Source: Deltaproteobacteria bacterium (lineage in GTDB: Bacteria > Desulfobacterota > Desulfobaccia > Desulfobaccales > 0-14-0-80-60-11). From it: DNA of 47,623 nt. Under the pieces are notes generated by a model, which made no database searches, was not told where the DNA came from, and was given only the letters and a program-made list of their open reading frames with translations. The DNA is taken from assembly GCA_016208235.1 (NCBI GenBank), contig JACQYN010000021.1:1-47623 (forward strand). The letters are read 5' to 3'. Below, one piece after another: positions 39,256 through 47,623 of the stretch. The position numbers were made by a program, and so were the translations under genes. How positions within the stretch are numbered: the first letter of the stretch is position 1; each line of letters opens with the position of its first letter.

Positions 39256-39537
39256 ATGGTCAAGGTATTGTTGGAGCGAGAAATCAAAGGCGAACATGTG
39301 GGCGAGATTATCCGCCTTTTGCGGCATTTAAGGGTTTTGGCCATGCAACAGCTGGGATACATCTCCGGCGAAACCCTGCATGCCGTGGATAATCCTAATT
39401 ATTATCTGGTGATCAGCAGCTGGGAATCCCTGGAACATTGGCAGGATTGGTTCAATAATCCGGAACGCCAGAAACTGCAGGAGAAGATTGACAGTTACAT
39501 GGAATCACCGACACGCATAAGGGCCTTTACTTATTAA
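39256..39537 (+). CDS. Antibiotic biosynthesis monooxygenase (ABM) family protein
   Basis: GYISGETL, YLVISSWESLEHWQDW; AAGGAGG RBS. Confidence 0.85.
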   Translation: MVKVLLEREIKGEHVGEIIRLLRHLRVLAMQQLGYISGETLHAVDNPNYYLVISSWESLEHWQDWFNNPERQKLQEKIDSYMESPTRIRAFTY

Positions 39538-39759
39538 GAGGCTGATTTCCCAAGACATTTTGCCTCCGGCGCCAAGACGTGCCCTGCATCGAACGACATA
39601 ATTACCCATGCCAGTTCAAGCTCCACCCTCAACTGGGTTTCCAGTTTGACATGCAAATGTTATTCTAACCAAATGTCATTGGGGATTTGCCCAGATCCCT
39701 AGCGGGGTCTCATTCCGGGGTGCAACTTCCCTAAAAACTGAATAAGAAGGGAGAAGGAA

Positions 39760-40410
39760 ATGATCTGGGTGGCCCGGATCTTCAGCACTTCCATCGGCAA
39801 GAAGCAGCTGATGGCCGTAACCGGCATACTTTTTCTGGTGTTCCTGACAACCCATCTTCTCGGCAACTTGAGCATTTATGGGGGCATAGAGGCCTTTAAC
39901 GCCTACGCCGAACATCTCCACGCCCTGGGCAAGTTGCTGGTGGTGGCGGAGGTGGGGCTGGTCGTCGCCTTAATAATTCACGTCACACTCGCCATTATTC
40001 TTTTTTTTGAGAACCGCAAGGCCCGGCCCATCAAGTACGCGGTGGACAAAAGCGGCGGCGGGGGCCGCACTTTATCCTCCCAAACCATGCCGTTCACCGG
40101 TTTGCTGATCCTGGCCTTCGTGGGCCTCCACCTGGCCAACCTTTCCCACCATATCGTCGATCAAACGAACCGGACCATCTTCCAAATCGCCTACGAGGTC
40201 TTTGCCAACAAAGGAATCCTGATATTTTATCTGGCCTCCATGGTGGTTGTGGGTTTGCATGTGCGGCACGGCCTCTGGAGCGCGTTTCAGACCATCGGGG
40301 CCAACCATCCCAAGTATATGCCCTTTATCGAATGGCTGAGCATCTTCTTTGCCGTCATCGTCGCGGTCGGCTTCGGCTCTCTGCCCCTTGCCATACTCGC
40401 GTTGAAATAG
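39760..40410 (+). CDS. sdhC: Succinate dehydrogenase/fumarate reductase cytochrome b subunit (b558-family, 5 TM)
   Basis: SIGKK.LMAVTG, HLLGNL, IIHV, LHL, HVRHG.WSAFQTIG. Confidence 0.92.
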   Translation: MIWVARIFSTSIGKKQLMAVTGILFLVFLTTHLLGNLSIYGGIEAFNAYAEHLHALGKLLVVAEVGLVVALIIHVTLAIILFFENRKARPIKYAVDKSGGGGRTLSSQTMPFTGLLILAFVGLHLANLSHHIVDQTNRTIFQIAYEVFANKGILIFYLASMVVVGLHVRHGLWSAFQTIGANHPKYMPFIEWLSIFFAVIVAVGFGSLPLAILALK

Positions 40411-40422
40411 GGAGGTCCTTCA

Positions 40423-42332
<1,910 letters not shown>

Positions 42333-42336
<4 letters not shown>

Positions 42337-43097
42337 GCGGCAAAAACATCAACCTTACTCTCAAAATCTGGCGGCAGAACAGCCCCGAGGACCGGGGAAG
42401 GTGGGAAATCTTCCAGGCCAAAGATATCTCCACGGAAGCCTCGTTTCTGGAAATGCTGGACATCGTCAACGAGCAGCTCGCGCTGGCGGGCAAGGAACCC
42501 GTGGCCTTCGACCATGACTGCCGGGAGGGTATCTGCGGCACGTGCGGCTGCGCGGTGAACGGCCGCCCCCACGGCCCGGACCGGGAAACCACCCTCTGCC
42601 AGCTCCACATGCGCCGCTTCCAAGAAGGCGACACCCTGGTGATTGAGCCTTACCGGGCCCGGGCCTTTCCGGTGATCAAGGACCTGGTGGTGGACCGCAG
42701 CGCGTTTGACGGCGTGATTCAGGCCGGGGGCTTTGTGTCGGTGAACACCGGCCAGGCCCAGGATGCGAACAACCTGCCCGTACCCCGGGACGACGCCGAA
42801 AGGGCCATGGACGCGGCCGCGTGCATCGGCTGCGGCGCGTGTGTGGCGGCCTGTCCCAACGCCGCAGCCATGTTGTTTGTGAGCGCCAAGGTCTCCCACT
42901 TGGCGGTGCTGCCCCAGGGCCGCACGGAAGCCGCGCGGCGGGCCCTGTCCATGGTGGCGCAGATGGACGCCGCCGGCTTCGGCAACTGCACCAATCACAA
43001 AGAGTGCGAAGTGGAGTGCCCCAAGGGGATTTCCATCAGCAATATCGCCCGCTTGAACCGGGAATTTATCAAGGCCGGGTTGGCCTCCAAGGAATAA
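42333..43097 (+). CDS. sdhB: Succinate dehydrogenase/fumarate reductase Fe-S subunit
   Basis: [34 protein letters not shown]; ATGA overlap with sdhA. Confidence 0.96.
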
Positions 43098-43185
43098 TAC
43101 CGTTTTCGGTTTTCCGTTAAAGGACTGAAATAAGTAATTGGAATCGTTGCAGCAGAAACCGAACGAGGCGAAAGTCTATTTAAGG

Positions 43186-43266
43186 TGTCATTCTGAACGG
43201 AGCGAAGCGGAGTGAAGAATCTCGTATCTTGAGATTCTTCGGTCGCTTCGCTCCCTCAGAATGACA
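43186..43266. repeat. Intact 81-bp TGTCATTCTGA...TCAGAATGACA palindromic element
   Basis: tgtcattctgaacggagcgaagcggagtgaagaatctc-gtatctt-gagattcttcggtcgcttcgctccctcagaatgaca; left arm identical to the copy at 36579. Confidence 0.9.
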
Positions 43267-43475
43267 AAATATGCATTTTTGCAGAGGTCTGAATTGGTAA
43301 AAATTCCGGCATCTCCAGGCAAAGTGAAAATTGCTTATGTGAAAGGACCTGGGGCTGGGAAAAATTGGCTTAAACGCGATTTTCGCTAAGATTGCGGATA
43401 TTATCGCCAAAATATCTCAGCCGGATATTCCTGAAGCCCTGGAAAAATGATATGTTAACATGAATATGTATACAC

Positions 43476-44075
43476 ATGAAATTGGAAAGAATGCTTATGC
43501 CCAAAACCACGGATAACACCCTGCGCCCTTCCTTCACCCTGGCGGAAAAGCTGGCCCAAGGGAATTTGTCCGCTTCCGCTTGTTACCAGTGTAAGAAGTG
43601 CTCCAGCGGCTGTCCTTTGACCTTCGCCATGGACCTTCTGCCCCATCAGGTGATTCACCTGTCCCTGTTGGGCCAGGAAGAGAAGGTTCTGACTTCCAGT
43701 ACCATTTGGGTCTGCTCCGCGTGCGAGACCTGTACCACCCGCTGCCCCAACGGCATCGATATCGCCGGCGTCCTGGATTGGCTCAAGGAAGAAGCCCTGA
43801 AGCGGGGGATAAGCGTGGCCCAACCGGAAGTGGCCACCTTTCACCGCTATTTTCTGGAGAGCATCAAGGCCGGCGGGGGCCGGGTCGCCGAGGCGACCCT
43901 GGTGCGCCGCTTCACCCTCTTCAAGCTGCGGCGCAAATTCGATATCAATGAGTTGAAAGAGAATATGAAGCTGGGCTGGCAGCTCATGAAGCGGGGACGC
44001 ATGCGCCTGCTGGGGTCCCATGCTCCCAAAGGGCAGGCGGAAATCAAAGAAATCTTGAAGCTGATAAAGTCATGA
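43476..44075 (+). CDS. hdrC: Heterodisulfide reductase subunit C-like Fe-S protein
   Basis: CYQCKKCSSGCP and IWVCSACETCTTRCP; start could be 43491 or 43497. Confidence 0.9.
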   Translation: MKLERMLMPKTTDNTLRPSFTLAEKLAQGNLSASACYQCKKCSSGCPLTFAMDLLPHQVIHLSLLGQEEKVLTSSTIWVCSACETCTTRCPNGIDIAGVLDWLKEEALKRGISVAQPEVATFHRYFLESIKAGGGRVAEATLVRRFTLFKLRRKFDINELKENMKLGWQLMKRGRMRLLGSHAPKGQAEIKEILKLIKS

Positions 44076-44932
44076 CACCCATGAAAATTACCTATTATCC
44101 GGGTTGCTCCCTGGAAAACACGGCGGTGGATTACGCCGCGTCCATTGCGGGCATCACCCCCCTCCTGGACCTGGAGTTGGAGGAGATCACCGATTGGAAT
44201 TGCTGTGGGGCCACCGCCGCGCACAGCATCAACCATGAACTGGCCCTGGCCCTGCCAGCGCGCAATTTAATGACCGCCCAGAAGATGGGCCGGGACGTGG
44301 TGGCCCCTTGCGCCTTATGCTTTAACCGCCTTAAGGTGGCGGAAAAGGCCCTGAAAAACCCGGAAGGGAACCCCTTGGGCCTCTCTTATCAGGGCGCCAT
44401 CAAGATCTGGGACCTGTTGGATTACCTGACCCAGGAAACCTATTTACAGGTCCTCTCCCAGAAGGTGGTCAAGCCCCTTAAGGGCCTGAAGGCCGTGGGG
44501 TATTACGGCTGCGTGGTGGCCCGGCCTCCGGATATTACAGATAAGAAGGATTACGAGAATCCCCAAAATATGGAGCGCCTGCTTACGGTCCTGGGGGCCA
44601 CCCCCCTGGATTGGTCCTACAAGACCGATTGCTGCGGCGCGGGCCTGGCCCTGTCCCGGCCGGATATCATCGACACCCTGACCCAGCGTCTCTATGAGCG
44701 GGCCCTGGCCGCAGGGGCCGAATGTTTCGTGGTTTCCTGCCAGATGTGCCAGGCCAATCTGGACCTGACCCAGGAGCGCATCTCCAAGAAATTCGGCAAG
44801 CATTACGATCTGCCGGTTTTATATTTTACCGAATTGATCGGCCTGGCCCTGGGCCATCCCCAGGTTAAGGAATGGCTGGCCAAGCACCTGGTGAATCCTC
44901 TGCCCTTGCTCCAAAAGAAGGGCCTCATATAA
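44072..44932 (+). CDS. hdrB: Heterodisulfide reductase subunit B-like (CCG domains)
   Basis: YYPGC, WNCCG, PCALC, YYGC, DCCG, SCQMCQANLD, PVLYFTEL. Confidence 0.92.
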   Translation: MTPMKITYYPGCSLENTAVDYAASIAGITPLLDLELEEITDWNCCGATAAHSINHELALALPARNLMTAQKMGRDVVAPCALCFNRLKVAEKALKNPEGNPLGLSYQGAIKIWDLLDYLTQETYLQVLSQKVVKPLKGLKAVGYYGCVVARPPDITDKKDYENPQNMERLLTVLGATPLDWSYKTDCCGAGLALSRPDIIDTLTQRLYERALAAGAECFVVSCQMCQANLDLTQERISKKFGKHYDLPVLYFTELIGLALGHPQVKEWLAKHLVNPLPLLQKKGLI

Positions 44933-44971
44933 CGGAAAAATCCAACTTCAAGCAAACCTGAACAAGTGATC

Positions 44972-47623
44972 ATGAATAAAGTCAAAAAAGACGCCACGTC
45001 AAAGAAAGTAGGAGCCGCGATGGTGGTGGGGGGCGGCATCGCCGGCATGCAAGCCGCCCTGGATCTGGCCAATTCCGGTATTTTCGTGCACCTGGTGGAA
45101 AGCAAGCCCGCCATCGGCGGGGTAATGGCCCAGTTGGACAAGACCTTCCCCACCAACGACTGTTCCATGTGCATCATTTCGCCCAAGCTGGTGGAATGCG
45201 GCCGCCACCTGAACATCAAGATCCATACCCTGGCCGAGGTGCAGGAAATCGCCGGGGAGCCGGGCAATCTCACCGTCACCCTGGCCAAAGAGCCCCGTTA
45301 TATAGATTCTACCAAGTGTACCGGCTGCGGCGATTGCGCCAAGGTCTGTCCGGTGGTCATGCAGGATGAGTTCAACATGGGCATGGCCGATTGGAAGGCC
45401 ACCTACCGCCTCTATCCCCAGGCCATTCCCGCCACCTTTGCCATCAAGAAGCTGGATCGGCCTCCCTGCAACCTGACCTGTCCCGCGGCCATCAATGTGC
45501 AGGGTTACGTGCAGCTCATCAAGATGGGGAAGTATGAAGAGGCCGTCAAGCTGATCATGGAGCGACTGCCTCTCCCCGGGGTTTTGGGCCGGGTCTGCCC
45601 CCATCCCTGTGAAGAAAAGTGCCGCCGCCGGGAATTGGACGAGGCGGTGGCCATCTGCAACCTGAAACGCTTTGCCGCGGACCAGGTGGATTTAACCAAA
45701 TTGCCCGTACCGTTGGTGGAGGCGCGGCCCGAAAAGATAGCCATTATCGGCTCCGGCCCCGCGGGGCTGGCTTGCGCCTATCATCTGGCCCTCCGGGGGT
45801 ACCGCCCCACCATTTTCGAGGCCCTTTCCAAAGCCGGGGGCATGCTCCGGGTGGGGATTCCGGACTACCGCCTGCCCAAAGACGTTTTGGACCAGGAGAT
45901 CAACAACATCCTCCGCCTGGGGGTGGACCTGAAGACCAATACCGCCCTGGGCCGGGACTTCACCCTGGACGGGCTCTTTGACGAAGGCTATAAAGCCGTC
46001 TTCCTGGGCCTCGGCTGCCACCTGGGCAAACCCCTGGGGATCCCTAAGGAGGATACCCCGGGTGTGGTCCAGGGGGTGGATTTACTGAGACGCCACAACC
46101 TGGGTGAACCCCAGGAAGTGGGGAAAAGACTGGCGGTCATCGGCGGCGGCAACGTGGCCATTGACGTGGCCTGCACCGCCAGGCGGCTGGGGTCCCAGGT
46201 GACCATCGTCTATCGCCGCGGACGTTCAGAGATGCCCGCGTTTCACCATGAAATCGAACAAGCCCTGTGCGAAGGGGTGGAGATTATCTACCTGGCCGCG
46301 CCCTTGGAGGTGGTGGTCAAAGACGGCAAGGTCGCGGGGCTCCGCTGCCAGCGGATGCGGTTAGGAGAACCGGACGCGTCCGGCCGCCGGAAACCCGAGC
46401 CCATTCCCGGGGACGTCTTTGAGCTGCCGGTGGACATGATCGTCCCGGCCATCGGCCAGGAAGCGGCCCAGGGCCCCCTGAAGGATTGCGGCGTCAACCT
46501 CTCCCGCTGGGGCACCATCGAAGTGGACGAAGTGACCTACCAGACCTCCCGGGCCGGGGTCTTTGCCGCCGGGGACGTGCACACGGGCCCCTGGATCGCG
46601 ATTGAGGCCGTTGGGGGCGGCATCGAAGCCGCGGAATCCATTGATCGTTATCTGCGGGGCCTCGATCTGGCCGCGGGCCGTTCCCAAGGCAAAGAAGCTC
46701 ACCAGCGATGGGCGGAAATCCCCAAGGATGAGGAAGGCCGGCCCCGGCAAGAGATGCCCACCCTGCCCCCGGAGCACACCTGCAAGGTCTTTGACGAGAT
46801 CGCCCAGGGCTACAGCGTGGAGCAGGCCCACGCCGAGGCGGACCGCTGTCTCAATTGCGGCATCTGCTCCGAATGTATGGAGTGCGTAAGGGCTTGTAAG
46901 GCCGGAGCCGTGGACCACAGCCAGGAACCGGAGATTGCCCAACTGGAAGTGGGCGCGGTGGTTCTGGCGCCGGGATTTAAGACTTTCGACGCCCGCCAAA
47001 AGCCGGAATTCGGCTACGGCCGTTATCCCAACGTCATCACTTCCCTGGAATTCGAGCGCATTCTCTCCGCCACCGGCCCTTATGCCGGGCACGTGAAACG
47101 CCCCGGAGACGGCGCCGAACCCCGGAAAATCGCCTGGATTCAATGCGTCGGCTCCCGGGACCCTTCCATCTGCCGGGATTATTGCTCTTCGGTGTGCTGC
47201 ATGTACGCCACCAAGCAGGCCATCATCGCCCGGGAACACGATAAGCGGATCGAGCCCACCATCTTCTATATCGACATCCGGGCCCACGGCAAGGGTTTCG
47301 ACCGCTACTACGAACGGGCCAAAGCGGATCAGGGGGTGCGCTACGTGCGCTCCATGATTTCCCGGGTCACCCAGGATCCCCGCACTCAAAACCTGGAACT
47401 CACTTACGTGGATGCGGACAACCGCATCCAGACGGAAGAATTCGACCTGGTGGTCCTGTCCGTGGGTCTGACCCCCCACCCCAGCACCGGGAAGTTGGCG
47501 GAGGTTTGCGGAATCGCCACCAACCCCTGGGGGTTTGTGGCCAACCCGCCCTTTGAGCTGGTCTCCACCGACCGGGAAGGCATCTTCTCCTGCGGCGTTT
47601 ATCAAGCCCCCAAGGATATCCCG
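44972..47623 (+). CDS. hdrA: HdrA-like flavoprotein with inserted GltD/NfnB-like NAD(P)H oxidoreductase module (HdrL type); runs off the right edge
   Basis: Hand-read ORF absent from the track: VVGGGIAG, DKTFPTNDCSMC, CTGCGDCAKVCP, then GRVCPHPCE, IIGSGPAG, GIPDYRLP, IGGGNVA, VYRR, EADRCLNC, then ITSLEFER, QCVGSRD, YCSSVCC, PKDIP; same frame at start and window end. Confidence 0.92.
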   Translation, partial: MNKVKKDATSKKVGAAMVVGGGIAGMQAALDLANSGIFVHLVESKPAIGGVMAQLDKTFPTNDCSMCIISPKLVECGRHLNIKIHTLAEVQEIAGEPGNLTVTLAKEPRYIDSTKCTGCGDCAKVCPVVMQDEFNMGMADWKATYRLYPQAIPATFAIKKLDRPPCNLTCPAAINVQGYVQLIKMGKYEEAVKLIMERLPLPGVLGRVCPHPCEEKCRRRELDEAVAICNLKRFAADQVDLTKLPVPLVEARPEKIAIIGSGPAGLACAYHLALRGYRPTIFEALSKAGGMLRVGIPDYRLPKDVLDQEINNILRLGVDLKTNTALGRDFTLDGLFDEGYKAVFLGLGCHLGKPLGIPKEDTPGVVQGVDLLRRHNLGEPQEVGKRLAVIGGGNVAIDVACTARRLGSQVTIVYRRGRSEMPAFHHEIEQALCEGVEIIYLAAPLEVVVKDGKVAGLRCQRMRLGEPDASGRRKPEPIPGDVFELPVDMIVPAIGQEAAQGPLKDCGVNLSRWGTIEVDEVTYQTSRAGVFAAGDVHTGPWIAIEAVGGGIEAAESIDRYLRGLDLAAGRSQGKEAHQRWAEIPKDEEGRPRQEMPTLPPEHTCKVFDEIAQGYSVEQAHAEADRCLNCGICSECMECVRACKAGAVDHSQEPEIAQLEVGAVVLAPGFKTFDARQKPEFGYGRYPNVITSLEFERILSATGPYAGHVKRPGDGAEPRKIAWIQCVGSRDPSICRDYCSSVCCMYATKQAIIAREHDKRIEPTIFYIDIRAHGKGFDRYYERAKADQGVRYVRSMISRVTQDPRTQNLELTYVDADNRIQTEEFDLVVLSVGLTPHPSTGKLAEVCGIATNPWGFVANPPFELVSTDREGIFSCGVYQAPKDIP

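Noticed and set aside
39646-39678. TTGACA and a TGACAT...ATGTCA dyad upstream of sdhC as promoter or operator
   Set aside because: No convincing -10 at proper spacing and only a 6-bp dyad; not supportable without comparative data.
45155-45175. Possible selenocysteine in the HdrA DCSMC motif
   Set aside because: Codons are TGT and TGC; there is no in-frame TGA.

Overview
A GC-rich bacterial chromosomal segment whose gene content (HdrCB plus an HdrL-type HdrA, diheme SdhCAB, a transcarboxylase-like cluster, many two-component proteins) suggests an anaerobic deltaproteobacterium. The taxonomy is inference only. From left to right: a truncated membrane sensor with an orphan ABC-type binding protein; a housekeeping run (dGTPase, EEP hydrolase, L,D-transpeptidase, MBL hydrolase); an SLC5-STAC-GAF-GAF-PAS histidine kinase with a CbrX-like leader; a receiver / HD-GYP / kinase module; a candidate synthase-dependent exopolysaccharide locus (UDP-glucuronate-epimerase-like gene, divergent PilZ-less cellulose-synthase-like GT2, ~1300-aa TPR plus beta-barrel secretion protein, M48 lipoprotein); an interrupted pentose-phosphate cluster (tkt, rpiB, gnd, zwf, pgl); tRNA-Thr(CGT) and tRNA-Val(GAC); a carboxyltransferase plus fused 5S-biotin-carrier cluster; sdhCAB; and hdrC-hdrB-hdrL running off the right end. 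Many intergenic spacers hold REP-like hairpins, ~80-bp palindromes and 7-bp tandem arrays that are polarised relative to stop and start codons and are nested inside each other. Six frame-breaking lesions (exact 89-bp and 50-bp tandem duplications, small indels) look like assembly artefacts but need read-level checking. No CRISPR array, rRNA, integrase or transposase was seen.
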